This document shows, piece after piece, positions 19,635 through 28,797 of a DNA stretch of 64,000 nt. Origin of the DNA: Clostridia bacterium (GTDB lineage Bacteria; Bacillota; Clostridia; RUG12999); NCBI GenBank assembly GCA_022801925.1, contig JAAWTG010000008.1:2619-66618 (forward strand), read 5' to 3'. The first letter of the stretch is position 1, and each line of letters starts with the position of its first letter. The notes beneath the pieces were generated by a model. That model was given only the letters and a program-made list of their open reading frames with translations. It was not told where the DNA came from and did not search any database. Both the position numbers and the translations under genes were made by a program.

Positions 19635-20177
19635 ATGAAAGTCAAAGAAATGGTCGTAGCAGCGTTGCTCACAGCACTATCCATCATTATTCCGACCATG
19701 TTTGGATTTTTGAAGGTGTGGCTTCCGCCTGCGTTTTCGGCAACGCTCGCGGCACACACGCCGGTGATTCTGGCAATGTTCATCAGCCCTGCCGCGGCAG
19801 TGATTGTGGCGTTGGGAAGCGGATTGGGATTTTTGTTACAAGGATTGAGCCCGATTGTCACTGCAAGAGCGTTTTCTCATGTGGTGTTTGCGCTGATGGG
19901 CGCAGTGATGATAAAACGCGGCTGGAATTTTTTCCTGACAATGGCGGTAACGGTTGTGATACATGCAGTTGTGGAAGGACTGGTCGTGCTTGTTATGATG
20001 AATGCAGGCATCGGCGGGGGAGACGCATCGGCGCTTTCCATGGCAACCGTAACAACGATTGGTACGGTTGTGCATTATAGCATTGATATTTGCATCGCAA
20101 TGCCAATCTACAAAGCGCTGAAAGAAACAAAAGTGGTGGATATTCTTCCACTCAATTACCGAAAATTGACGGTGTAG
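19635..20177 (+). CDS. Small polytopic membrane protein (ECF-transporter S-component-like, or a partner of the downstream GT2)
   Basis: 5-6 TM segments. ATG at 19635 follows AGGAAG. Divergent from coaD and 64 nt upstream of a GtrB-like GT2. Confidence 0.35.
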   Translation: MKVKEMVVAALLTALSIIIPTMFGFLKVWLPPAFSATLAAHTPVILAMFISPAAAVIVALGSGLGFLLQGLSPIVTARAFSHVVFALMGAVMIKRGWNFFLTMAVTVVIHAVVEGLVVLVMMNAGIGGGDASALSMATVTTIGTVVHYSIDICIAMPIYKALKETKVVDILPLNYRKLTV

Positions 20178-20241
20178 ATGGTTTTGAGAGCCGCCGCCTG
20201 CAGTGGCGGCGGTATTCTTTTTGGAGAAGGGGGGGAGCGAA

Positions 20242-21186
20242 ATGAACCCTTTGTTATCAGTCATTATTCCTGCATATAATGAAGAAACGGTTATTGCAGA
20301 CACCATTCAGGTGATGAACAGTGTGCTTGAGAAGCTAAACGTTCGCCGCGAGATTTTGTTGATTGACGATGGCTCCACAGATGGAACATGGAACCGGATT
20401 CAAAAAATAGCGGCGCAAAGCGGCGGAGAGGTGAAAGGAATACGGTTTAGCCGCAATTTTGGAAAAGAGAGTGCCATTTTTGCAGGGCTTGCCCAGTGCC
20501 AAGGAGACGCCGCGGTGATTATGGACTGCGACCGGCAGCATCCGCCGGAGAAAGTTGCGGAGATGGTACAGATTTGGAACGGTGGAAAAATTGCTGTTGT
20601 GGAGGGCGTGAAACGTTCCAGAGGGAAAGAATCCTTTGTATATCGTTTTTTGGCAAAAGTGTTCTATGGACTGCTAAAAATGGTCTCTGGAATGGATTTG
20701 CGCGGCTCCTCAGATTTTATGCTGATTGACCGAACGGTGATTGACGCGCTGCTCACCATGTCGGAACGCCGCCCGTTTTTCCGTGCGTTGTCCCAATGGA
20801 CAGGGTTTGATAGGGTGCAGTTGGAGTTTGATGTGGCGGGAGGTGCAGACCGCCCGAGTAAATGGAGCAAACGGCAGCTCATTCGCTATGCACTGAATAA
20901 TGTGACCTCGTTTACCAATATCCCCATGCATATTGTTACAGTGATGGGCGTTATTTTCTTTGTGTTTTCGGTGGTATTGTTTATTCAAACGCTCTATATG
21001 AAGTTTTTCCAAAACGCAGATAACGGGTTTACTACGGTCATTTTGCTGCTGCTGATAACCGGCAGTATTATCATGTTCAGTATGGGTATTTTGGGAAGCT
21101 ATATTGCTAAAATATATGATGAAGTCAAAGGTCGCCCGCGCTATGTCATCAGGGAACTGACGGCAGAGCAAACGGAGGAAAAATAA
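20242..21186 (+). CDS. Family-2 glycosyltransferase, polyprenyl-phosphate sugar transferase type (GtrB/ArnC-like)
   Basis: LSVIIPAYNEE...DDGSTDGT, a DXD region, and two C-terminal TM helices. Confidence 0.85.
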   Translation: MNPLLSVIIPAYNEETVIADTIQVMNSVLEKLNVRREILLIDDGSTDGTWNRIQKIAAQSGGEVKGIRFSRNFGKESAIFAGLAQCQGDAAVIMDCDRQHPPEKVAEMVQIWNGGKIAVVEGVKRSRGKESFVYRFLAKVFYGLLKMVSGMDLRGSSDFMLIDRTVIDALLTMSERRPFFRALSQWTGFDRVQLEFDVAGGADRPSKWSKRQLIRYALNNVTSFTNIPMHIVTVMGVIFFVFSVVLFIQTLYMKFFQNADNGFTTVILLLLITGSIIMFSMGILGSYIAKIYDEVKGRPRYVIRELTAEQTEEK

Positions 21187-21194
21187 AATATAAC

Positions 21195-21240
21195 AAAAGC
21201 GGCAGGTTTCAAAGAAAGGAAATCCGCCGCTTTTGGCTTT
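21195..21240 (+). terminator. Rho-independent terminator (AAAAGCGGC...GCCGCTTTT + GGCTTTT)
   Basis: 9-bp stem at 21195-21203 / 21226-21234, then a U-rich tract. Confidence 0.6.
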
Positions 21241-21370
21241 TATGCATGGTGAAAAAAGGGGGCAACAATAACAATAAAAATTTTTTTTCATAAAGATGTA
21301 TAAGATGAGAGAATCTGGTCCATACTATGACTGACCTCACAAAATACATTGAGACCCCCTTTTCTTTTCG

Positions 21371-21408
21371 CGGCGCGGATACTTCGGTATCTGCGCCGTT
21401 CTCTTTGT
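21371..21408 (+). terminator. 12-bp hairpin closed by a C(UUCG)G tetraloop, followed by UUCUCUUUG
   Basis: CGGCGCGGATAC-TTCG-GTATCTGCGCCG with one G-U pair. The UUCG loop reads only on the plus strand. Confidence 0.4.
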
Positions 21409-21433
21409 GGAGAAAAGAACGTCCTGAGAAAAA

Positions 21434-22279
21434 TTATTCAAATGTAACAGAGATGTCGCCCATGGCAGTTTTCGCGTGCAGCGTATGGTTTCCACCTTGC
21501 CTATTTTGAATATTTTTATCGCCCATATGTGTTTCCGCGTCAATGGTATAATCTAATTCGCTGCCGAGAATGACGCAGTCAATGTCGCCGCAGTTGTTGT
21601 CCAGCGCGATATGCTTTCCTGTAACGCGCTCCAGCTCAATATCGCCAAAATCACAGGAAGCGGAAATGTCGCCCGAAATATCTTTTGCTTCAATGTCGCC
21701 GCAGCTATTTGTGATTTGAAATGTATCCGCGGAGACTTGTTCCAGTTCAATATCGCCATAATCAAGTTTACAAACAAACGTGGAAAACGCACAATGTTCC
21801 AGTTTCACATCGCCGCAATCCGCATTCAGCTGCATGGAACCCTTTAAACCGGAGAGAGAAATATCACCATAGTTACTGTCGAGGGTGATATCTGCGCTGA
21901 AATCCCGCGGAACTGTTACGGTAATTTGTCCGGCACGACTGCCGAAATGAAAATCAATATAGTCATACCATTTCAGCCCCAACTGCCGGGTGGGGATAGC
22001 TTCCAGAGATAACGTATCGCTGTCTGCGTGGAAACGATACTGTATTGTCTTTTCGATGGTATATGTGACGGTGATTTTGTCGGTATCTGCGGAAACAAAG
22101 CGTACATCGCCCACTGAAGAAGAAATATTGATGTTTGAAACGCTGCTGTCCGCAGTTTGCGTCTGTAATACGCTGTTTTCCGGTGTGGCAGCACCCATGA
22201 AAACAGCAAGAGCGGAGAGACCGGCGCCGAATAAGACAAGCAGTCCGGCAATTGTCAGTATTATTTTATTGCATTTCAT
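21434..22279 (-). CDS. DUF4097 family beta-helical protein (putative adhesin-like)
   Basis: Signal/TM N-terminus and repeated GDI(S/E)L/CGDI beta-strand repeats. Confidence 0.75.
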   Translation of the reverse strand: MKCNKIILTIAGLLVLFGAGLSALAVFMGAATPENSVLQTQTADSSVSNINISSSVGDVRFVSADTDKITVTYTIEKTIQYRFHADSDTLSLEAIPTRQLGLKWYDYIDFHFGSRAGQITVTVPRDFSADITLDSNYGDISLSGLKGSMQLNADCGDVKLEHCAFSTFVCKLDYGDIELEQVSADTFQITNSCGDIEAKDISGDISASCDFGDIELERVTGKHIALDNNCGDIDCVILGSELDYTIDAETHMGDKNIQNRQGGNHTLHAKTAMGDISVTFE

Positions 22280-22874
22280 CTGATGCGCCTCCTTGTTTCA
22301 TGAAAAAATGTTTGATTTTTCGGCAGATAAATCCGGTCAGACGCACAAGCTGTTTTGTGCAGTATGTGGATAAATAGAACAGGAATATTGCTGCGCCGGC
22401 GCTCACAAGCGCCATTCCAAACAGCAGCATTGCTTTAAGCGCCGCTGCCGGCAGGAGAAAGGGAGAAGCGACGAGAAATATCACGCCAGACAGTGCCAGC
22501 GCCGCAGTGGTTGCAAACAGAGAAAAGACAATTGCCCAAACCGATACATAGAGGGAGAACACCACCACCGCCGCCGCAAGCAGTAGGGCAATCCAAATGG
22601 GTGAACCGAGCGCCAAAAGCGTTAGCGTAACCGCATTCCAATTGCGTTTTTTGATGTTTTCCAAGGTAAACTCCCGCGCGGGCGTATCATGAATAATTTT
22701 TTCGGCAATATCGTCTATGCTGCCCAGATTTGCAATCACTGCCGCTTCTTCGCCGCCGTCCTCCACTGCGTCGTCAATGATTTCGGCGTAATAGTCAATC
22801 GTTTTTTGTGCTTCCTCACGTGGAAGCGCGGATAGAGCAGTTTGCAATCGGGTTAGAAATTCATGTTTCGTCAT
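22266..22874 (-). CDS. DUF1700 family membrane protein
   Basis: N-terminus MTKHEFLTRLQTALSALPREEAQKTIDYYAEIIDD, C-terminal TM helices. The middle gene of a PadR/DUF1700/DUF4097 trio. Confidence 0.7.
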   Translation of the reverse strand: MTKHEFLTRLQTALSALPREEAQKTIDYYAEIIDDAVEDGGEEAAVIANLGSIDDIAEKIIHDTPAREFTLENIKKRNWNAVTLTLLALGSPIWIALLLAAAVVVFSLYVSVWAIVFSLFATTAALALSGVIFLVASPFLLPAAALKAMLLFGMALVSAGAAIFLFYLSTYCTKQLVRLTGFICRKIKHFFMKQGGASDEMQ

Positions 22875-23184
22875 GGTGCGTTTCCTCCTTTATGAAATCA
22901 TAGGCTTTCATAACGTCCTTCCAATCTTCCAGAAAGTCTAATATTTTTTCTTTGCCTGCCGCCGTGATACGATAATATTTTCGCAGACGGCTGTTGTGTT
23001 CAACGGTGTATACCGTGATACAGCCGGAACTTTCCAAACGCTTTAAAATGGGATATAGCGTGGATTCGGAAATGGCAATATAGGGTGAGATATCCTTAAT
23101 GATTTTATATCCATAGGAATCTTCTTGTTTGATAGCGGTCAATATGCAGATTTCAAGCAGTCCGCGCTTTAATTGTATATCCAT
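22861..23184 (-). CDS. PadR-family transcriptional regulator
   Basis: LEICILTAIKQEDSYGYKIIKDI...STLYPILKRLE winged helix. Confidence 0.85.
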   Translation of the reverse strand: MDIQLKRGLLEICILTAIKQEDSYGYKIIKDISPYIAISESTLYPILKRLESSGCITVYTVEHNSRLRKYYRITAAGKEKILDFLEDWKDVMKAYDFIKEETHHDET

Positions 23185-23256
23185 ACAGAAGCCTCCCTTC
23201 GCCTTATACTATATCACACATAGTATAATATGTCAAGCAGTATATTGGAACAATAT

Positions 23257-23348
23257 CAAAAAAACGGATAAAAGCAGCCGGAGCGGTCGCAGCATGTTAG
23301 CAGTTCAGGTCTAACTTCTGCGGCAGCGCATACTTTTATCCGTTTTCA
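23257..23348 (-). terminator. Long (about 90 nt) hairpin flanked by an A-tract and a U-tract; candidate terminator of the secreted-protein gene, or a small structured RNA
   Basis: Outer stem ACGGATAAAAG (23264-23274) / CTTTTATCCGT (23334-23344), with A7 before and U4 after. Confidence 0.35.
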
Positions 23349-23479
23349 TTTTTTGATTCAGTTCCGTCAAACTTTTGCTGACGGTTCGACTTTTGTTTAC
23401 CTAAATGAGGTGATTGAAACACCACACGATATGTAATTTCCCTATGTGTTAATGGAAGGACGAATGTCTCATGATATCA

Positions 23480-24985
23480 TCAGTCCGTCCATATATCGTC
23501 CCCTTCCGTTTCCAAAAGCTTCTGGACAGCTTCCTCCAGCATGGCGGTGGTTTTCACTTCCGGCTGCCGGATATCGGCAGGACCTACCGTGCCAGAAATT
23601 TGCGCATTTAGCACAGCATGAACCGTTACGTCGTCCAGCAGATATTCTGCCGGGAAATTGGTCATGTCAACGGTTGACGCTGATGTAACTTGAAAAGCAG
23701 TGTCGGAAAACTGCAAATTGATTTGCACGTCCGGTCGCAGATAGTAAAGAAAAGAGTCAAAGACGTCTTCGGAAGCGGTGATTTGGTATTCTGTCAGCAA
23801 AGCCTGATACTGGTCGCGGGTGATTTGGTAGGACAGCACGGCGCTGCCGTCCGCAGACTGCGACGCGCTGAGATAGGGCGGGCTTAGCAGTTTGGCGGCA
23901 AAATCAATATAACGGTTCACCGCCTCCATGCCCTGATCGCCATATTGATATATCACATTGGAGATGAAAGAATGCAGCAAATAATCCACATCCCAATGGT
24001 CTTTGTTTACCAATTGCAGCAGCCGCAGACGATTCGGAAAAACATTGTGCGCATTATCCGGCACCTGCAGCCAGCCGCGTTTATAGGAATCGTCCAAGTT
24101 GTCCAGTTTATCATATAAATACCACTGGTTTTGCAGTGAGGGAATCAAATCGGCAAATTGATATCTGGTCATTTTGTTCGTCAAAACAAAAGTACCGTCT
24201 TGGTTCTGATAGACGCCGGCAGCAATGGGCGAGGAGAGAAAACGCCGCGCGTCTTGCGCTGAATCCGCATCGAACAAGGAAAACAAATTGATTAAGCCGT
24301 CCGGCGTAATGTTAGACGTTGCCAAAATCTCCTGTCCGTTCCGCTCTACGCGCAGATTGCTGTCCATACCGCCGTTTAGCTGAATGCCGAACCGTTTGGT
24401 GCCGGCGGTCAACTGCAACGTTTCGCTGCCCTCGCAGGTATAGGCGGTCAAATTCGGAATTTGTTCCAGCCATGCATAGAAAGCGTCAAAGCGTGGGCGG
24501 ACGGTTTGCGTGAGCGTGTCGATATCGTAAACATAAACGGCGTCCGGCGTCCACCAATCAATTTGGATATCCAGCAAACGCCGCACAGCGTCGAGAGAGA
24601 GATAAAATGTTCCGTTCCATTCGCCATATTGATCGTAAAAATAGATGGGAGCGGAATTTTTCAGCAGATAGGTTGTGTGGTTTTTCAAATCAAATTGGTA
24701 GTAATTATTCCCTTTGACGGACGTTACCACTTCGGTTGCACTGTCATAAGTAGTGGTGTAACCCAGCTTTTGTGCAATTGCCGCATAGGGCAAAAACTGT
24801 CCCCACGTAAGATAATCACCATCGTCATACGATGTGGGTAATTTTTCCAATGCCTGTGCATTTTCCAGCAAAACGCCGTTAAAATAAATCGGTCTGCACG
24901 TTTCTGCAATATCTTCCGCCAATACCCAGCCGCCTGAAAGCAGCAGCACAGCTGCCATCAATCCTGCTATCCATGTTTTTTTCAT
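23480..24985 (-). CDS. Secreted protein of unknown function
   Basis: ATG at 24985 (MKKTWIAGLMAAVLLLSGGWVLA signal peptide) follows GGGAG. No recognisable domain. Confidence 0.5.
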   Translation of the reverse strand: MKKTWIAGLMAAVLLLSGGWVLAEDIAETCRPIYFNGVLLENAQALEKLPTSYDDGDYLTWGQFLPYAAIAQKLGYTTTYDSATEVVTSVKGNNYYQFDLKNHTTYLLKNSAPIYFYDQYGEWNGTFYLSLDAVRRLLDIQIDWWTPDAVYVYDIDTLTQTVRPRFDAFYAWLEQIPNLTAYTCEGSETLQLTAGTKRFGIQLNGGMDSNLRVERNGQEILATSNITPDGLINLFSLFDADSAQDARRFLSSPIAAGVYQNQDGTFVLTNKMTRYQFADLIPSLQNQWYLYDKLDNLDDSYKRGWLQVPDNAHNVFPNRLRLLQLVNKDHWDVDYLLHSFISNVIYQYGDQGMEAVNRYIDFAAKLLSPPYLSASQSADGSAVLSYQITRDQYQALLTEYQITASEDVFDSFLYYLRPDVQINLQFSDTAFQVTSASTVDMTNFPAEYLLDDVTVHAVLNAQISGTVGPADIRQPEVKTTAMLEEAVQKLLETEGDDIWTD

Positions 24986-25073
24986 TTCGTAAGCTCCCAA
25001 TCCAAGTTATTCCACGCAGCAGATACCCTTGTGGTTATTTTTAGTATAACACGAATATATGGGAAATGCAAGA

Positions 25074-25109
25074 TAAAAAAAGCAGCGCAGCATCTTCATG
25101 CTGCGCTGC
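25074..25109 (-). terminator. Rho-independent terminator for the minus-strand gene at 25126-25428
   Basis: GCAGCGCAGCAT-cttc-ATGCTGCGCTGC 12-bp stem. On the minus strand a U7 tract follows. Confidence 0.7.
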
Positions 25110-25125
25110 CGGTCGAACGTGTCCG

Positions 25126-25428
25126 TTATTCCAAGCCTTTTGTTTCAAAAACCACAACATCAATCGCGTCGGCGATATTTTCTGCGCTGATACGCGCCAC
25201 GTCTGACGCATCTAAAATTTCGTCCGTCAGACTGCTTGTGGTGTCCAAATAGTGAAAATCAATGCGCTGCATTGCGCCTTCAAGAATTTTCTTTTCTTCT
25301 TCGGTATTTGTGTCGTTTTTCAGTTCTTCTTCCAGCAGCCGCAACGTGACAGCAACTGCCTGTTTTTTGGTGAACAGCGCGTGCTGCGCTTCCTGTCGGA
25401 ATTCTTCCACAAATTTTAAATTTCTCAT
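25126..25428 (-). CDS. Hypothetical acidic protein
   Basis: 100-aa ORF with its own terminator. No recognisable motif. Confidence 0.35.
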   Translation of the reverse strand: MRNLKFVEEFRQEAQHALFTKKQAVAVTLRLLEEELKNDTNTEEEKKILEGAMQRIDFHYLDTTSSLTDEILDASDVARISAENIADAIDVVVFETKGLE

Positions 25429-25474
25429 GAAAATGCCCTCCTTATGCCATTAGTATGGCACAAACCTTCTGTTT

Positions 25475-26593
25475 TTACCAGAACAAAACGTCGTTGCCTT
25501 TGAGTTTGGACAACGCTTCTATGAAATAGTAGTCTCCGTAAATAATCGGAATGTGAATGCCGTTTTCGCTGAAATAGGCTTCTGTTCCTTTTTGAACAAT
25601 GGATTGTTCGTTCTCGTCATAGTTGCAGCAGTGTTTGTCGATACCTTGCAAAATCTTCATTGCCGCACGCAGATATATTGCTTTTTCATGCTCCGGCACT
25701 GCTTTGGAAAGTTCAATCAGTCCACATGCTGTGATACAGCCGGCGGTGGAGTCCTTCATATCATCACCGGCAGGAGAGCGGAAATCAACCGCCGGAACGC
25801 CGGTTTCATCTAAATTAGTGATGAAATAATGCGCCACTTTTTTCGCAGTATCCAGATATTCCTGTTTTCCTGTGTGCAGATAACTCAGCGTGAAACCATA
25901 TACCGCCCAACTTTGTCCGCGCGACCAGGAGGAACCGCTTTCATAGCCCTGTCCGCCGGGCGTTTCTAAAATATCGCCGGTTTCAGGGTCAAAGCTGACA
26001 ATGTGATTGCAGGAACCGTCCGGACGAACAAACGCGCGCATAGCGGTGTCCGCGTGCATCATTGCGACCTGACGGAAGCGCGGGTCACCGGATTCATCGC
26101 TTGCCCAATAGAGCAGCGGAATGTTCATCATGCAGTCAATGATTGCCCAGCCGATTTTATCGCCGTTCCAAGCACGGATAAATTTTGCCTGCGGGTTGAA
26201 ACGTCCAGCAAGCAGCGTGGCAACATGCATACCGCGCGTTTTAGACAGTTCATTGCCGGTCAGACGGTAGTTGGCAACGGCGCTGAGCAGCCACATAAAA
26301 CCCACGTCATGATGCAATCCGTTGAAATCCTGCATAGGATCATCCAGCATTTCTTCGCTTTTTTCGGCAATTTTACGATAGGTTTCGTCCCCTGTTTGTT
26401 TATACATCAGCCACATCATACCTGCCCAAAAACCGTTGGTCCACCAAGAAGCATTGTGTTCGTTCACATATTTTCCGTCTTTGGTGGTATAAGGAAATCC
26501 GGCGCCCACCTCCGGTGCAACTTTTGCCATTTTTTTGGAAACCTTCTCCCAGGTTTCATTGACCCAGTTCATGTCCACTTCATAGTTTGCCAT
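25475..26593 (-). CDS. Glycoside hydrolase family 88, unsaturated glucuronyl hydrolase
   Basis: Family hallmarks WTNGFWAG, HDVGF, IIDCMMN, SRGQSWAVYG, YGDYYFIEAL. About 370 aa. Confidence 0.75.
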   Translation of the reverse strand: MANYEVDMNWVNETWEKVSKKMAKVAPEVGAGFPYTTKDGKYVNEHNASWWTNGFWAGMMWLMYKQTGDETYRKIAEKSEEMLDDPMQDFNGLHHDVGFMWLLSAVANYRLTGNELSKTRGMHVATLLAGRFNPQAKFIRAWNGDKIGWAIIDCMMNIPLLYWASDESGDPRFRQVAMMHADTAMRAFVRPDGSCNHIVSFDPETGDILETPGGQGYESGSSWSRGQSWAVYGFTLSYLHTGKQEYLDTAKKVAHYFITNLDETGVPAVDFRSPAGDDMKDSTAGCITACGLIELSKAVPEHEKAIYLRAAMKILQGIDKHCCNYDENEQSIVQKGTEAYFSENGIHIPIIYGDYYFIEALSKLKGNDVLFW

Positions 26594-26752
26594 GATTCAC
26601 AATACCTCATTTCATTGATTTTTCGTCCTGGCGCACGCGGGAGGGTTCCGAGCCGTTTTAGGGCGGGGAACAATTCGGCGGCGCTTAATAATACCTTGCA
26701 TATATTATAACATGGGAAATGGTGGAATGCAACCGTTCAGAGGAACTTTTTC

Positions 26753-26788
26753 AAAAGAAAACGCCTTCCGCACGGCGGCGGAAAGCGC
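26753..26788 (-). terminator. Rho-independent terminator downstream of the YeiH-family gene
   Basis: Stem CGCCTTCCGC / GCGGAAAGCG with an A-tract on the plus strand (a U-tract on the minus strand). Confidence 0.5.
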
Positions 26789-26793
26789 AGATA

Positions 26794-27813
26794 TTAAAAT
26801 AAAATAAAAATCAGCAGGACGGCAAGCAGAATTTGACATGCACCCACCATACCGCCGTATAACATGGCTTTGGGACCTTCCTGCACCAAGTCGCGGAACT
26901 TGACTCGCATACCAATCGCGGCAAGCGCAATGATTTCAAATTGATTGCTCACCAGTTTTGCACCGTGGGAAAGAAACTGGGGCACAATTCCGAAACTGGT
27001 GACAACACTCAGCAGGAAAAAACCGATGATAAACCACGGAATCCCTGCTTTGACATGCGCATTGGTATGCTGTTTTTTGGAGAAAAACGGCTTGGTATCG
27101 TCCGTGTTTGCTTTGGCAAACACGAGCGCAACAAAAACCAGAAAAATGATACGAATGATTTTGAATACTGTCGATAATTCCACCACTTCATCATTAACAA
27201 ATTTTGCGGACGCTATCACTTGCCCGATGGACTGTAGTGTCCCGCCAATCAGTCCGGCGGTATGCAGTGTTTCGTGATGGTATAGGAGACCTGCCAAAGC
27301 CGGCAGTAAAACCATTAAAACAGTACCGGTTACGTTGACAATGGTAATGGAGATACCTTTTTCTTTGGAATCCGCGCCAACAACGGGCGCGACAGTGCCA
27401 ATGGCAGAGGAACCGCATACGGCGTTACCGGCAGACATCAAAAGTGAAAACCGCCGCCCGAACCCCAACAATTTTCCAATGAGACACGCCGCTATAATGG
27501 TGCCGGTCATTTGAAGGATAATAAATCCCACGCCGCCAAACCCCACGCCCATGATATCGGTTAAGTTCAGCGTGAGTCCCATGAGGACGATAGAAATTTC
27601 CAGCAATCTGCTTTCGGAAAATTTGGTACCCTTGTCCAAAACCGGCTGCCCTAAAAACGTGTTTCCGGCAATAATACCAATCACAATGGCAATCAATGCC
27701 GAACCGATGGACGGAACAAAATGTGCGATGCCTTGCGCAATGAGTGCAATGACAATACACACCAACAGTCCCGCCAAAATGTCTTTTCCCTTTTTTAAAA
27801 TGTTGCTTATCAT
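26794..27813 (-). CDS. YeiH/UPF0324-family putative sulfate exporter
   Basis: 10-11 TM segments. ATG at 27813 follows GGGAG. Confidence 0.75.
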   Translation of the reverse strand: MISNILKKGKDILAGLLVCIVIALIAQGIAHFVPSIGSALIAIVIGIIAGNTFLGQPVLDKGTKFSESRLLEISIVLMGLTLNLTDIMGVGFGGVGFIILQMTGTIIAACLIGKLLGFGRRFSLLMSAGNAVCGSSAIGTVAPVVGADSKEKGISITIVNVTGTVLMVLLPALAGLLYHHETLHTAGLIGGTLQSIGQVIASAKFVNDEVVELSTVFKIIRIIFLVFVALVFAKANTDDTKPFFSKKQHTNAHVKAGIPWFIIGFFLLSVVTSFGIVPQFLSHGAKLVSNQFEIIALAAIGMRVKFRDLVQEGPKAMLYGGMVGACQILLAVLLIFILF

Positions 27814-27982
27814 AAACTGTCTCCCTAAATGATGTCGTTTCAAAAGAAACGCTGCTACCGATTTTATCATAGATTGACGCGCAAATCAATTGATATTCTT
27901 TGAAAAAGCCCGATAAGTAGTTTGCGCATATTGGTGAAAAATACACAGGAAGCAAACTATTTCATTTTGAAAAGGCAGAAAT

Positions 27983-28438
27983 TTATTTTTCGCGGCGGCT
28001 GCGGAAAAAAGACTGCAAAACCGCGCGGCAGTCCTCCTCTAAAATGCCGCCTGCAAAATGGACTAGAGTAGGCCAACGGTAGTCATAGAATAAATTGAAT
28101 TTGGAGCCGACAGCGCCCATCACCTCGTCATATGCACCAAAATAAACGCGGCGTAGGCGGGCGTTTAAAATAGCGCCGGCGCACATGGGACATGGTTCCA
28201 GCGTCACATAAAGGTCACAGTCATCCAACCGCCAGCCGCCCAAAGCTTCGGCTGCCATGGAGAGCGCGGACAGTTCCGCATGTCCCAAGGGGTCATGATT
28301 TCGTTCGCGGGTGTTGTGTGCGCGGGCAATGATGTTATTCTCCCGCACCACAACTGCGCCAACGGGAATTTCTCCTTCTTCGCAGGCGCGCTGCGCTTCC
28401 AGCAGCGCTTCGCGCATATATTGTTCTTGAATATTCAT
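27983..28438 (-). CDS. tadA: tRNA-specific adenosine(34) deaminase
   Basis: HAELSAL...LYVTLEPCPMCAGA zinc motif. 151 aa. Confidence 0.9.
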   Translation of the reverse strand: MNIQEQYMREALLEAQRACEEGEIPVGAVVVRENNIIARAHNTRERNHDPLGHAELSALSMAAEALGGWRLDDCDLYVTLEPCPMCAGAILNARLRRVYFGAYDEVMGAVGSKFNLFYDYRWPTLVHFAGGILEEDCRAVLQSFFRSRREK

Positions 28439-28522
28439 CTGTCATACCTCCCTTGGTTTGATAATATACGCATCGCCGGTTTCGAGCGAAGCGAAGAAAC
28501 GATTCGGCGGTGCTTTCTCATT

Positions 28523-28640
28523 CATGCAATCTTCGGACACGTGCCGAAGATTGCATACCTTTCGCTGTTCGGAGTGTCAAGGAACGCGACGCGACGCGCG
28601 AGTGCAGAACAGCGAAAGGGGGAATCCCCAAGGGGGGATG
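28523..28640. repeat. GC-rich structured intergenic element, copy 1 (13-bp-stem hairpin with ACACGTG loop, plus nested stems)
   Basis: ATGCAATCTTCGG-ACACGTG-CCGAAGATTGCAT at 28523-28555; CCTTTCGCTGTT (28557-28568) pairs with AACAGCGAAAGG (28607-28618); GGGGGAATCCCC follows. Confidence 0.5.
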
Positions 28641-28742
28641 AATCGACGGCATAAGCCGGAGAGAATCCCTTCTTGGAAATATATTATACCATGATTTTAA
28701 TAGAAATACCAGCCATTTTTTATCAAAGGGTTGCAAAAATAC

Positions 28743-28771
28743 CAGAATTGCGCTACACTATATATCATAAG
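28743..28771 (+). promoter_or_regulatory. Promoter TTGCAA-N17-TACACT upstream of the MATE gene
   Basis: Good match to the -35 and -10 hexamers with a 17-nt spacer. Confidence 0.4.
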
Positions 28772-28797
28772 CGAATATAAAGAAAGAAGGCGACGAT

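Noticed and set aside
19718-20306. ORFs 19718-20080 (+) and 19836-20306 (-) rich in Cys/Arg/His
   Set aside because: Alternative frames of the TM-protein gene and the GT2 start. Arg/Cys-rich translations are typical of out-of-frame GC-rich coding DNA.
21327-21543. Small ORFs 21327-21509 (+) and 21337-21543 (-)
   Set aside because: They lie in the terminator/UUCG-hairpin region and overlap the 3' end of the DUF4097 gene. No RBS.
26003-26710. 235-aa plus-strand ORF
   Set aside because: Antisense to the GH88 gene, which has clear family motifs.
28523-28555. ACACGTG-loop palindromes interpreted as a simple transcription-factor operator (CACGTG core)
   Set aside because: The two copies keep perfect self-complementarity while the arm sequences differ at several positions. 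A shared protein operator would conserve sequence rather than pairing. Structure-level conservation is favoured. Protein binding to the loop is not excluded.
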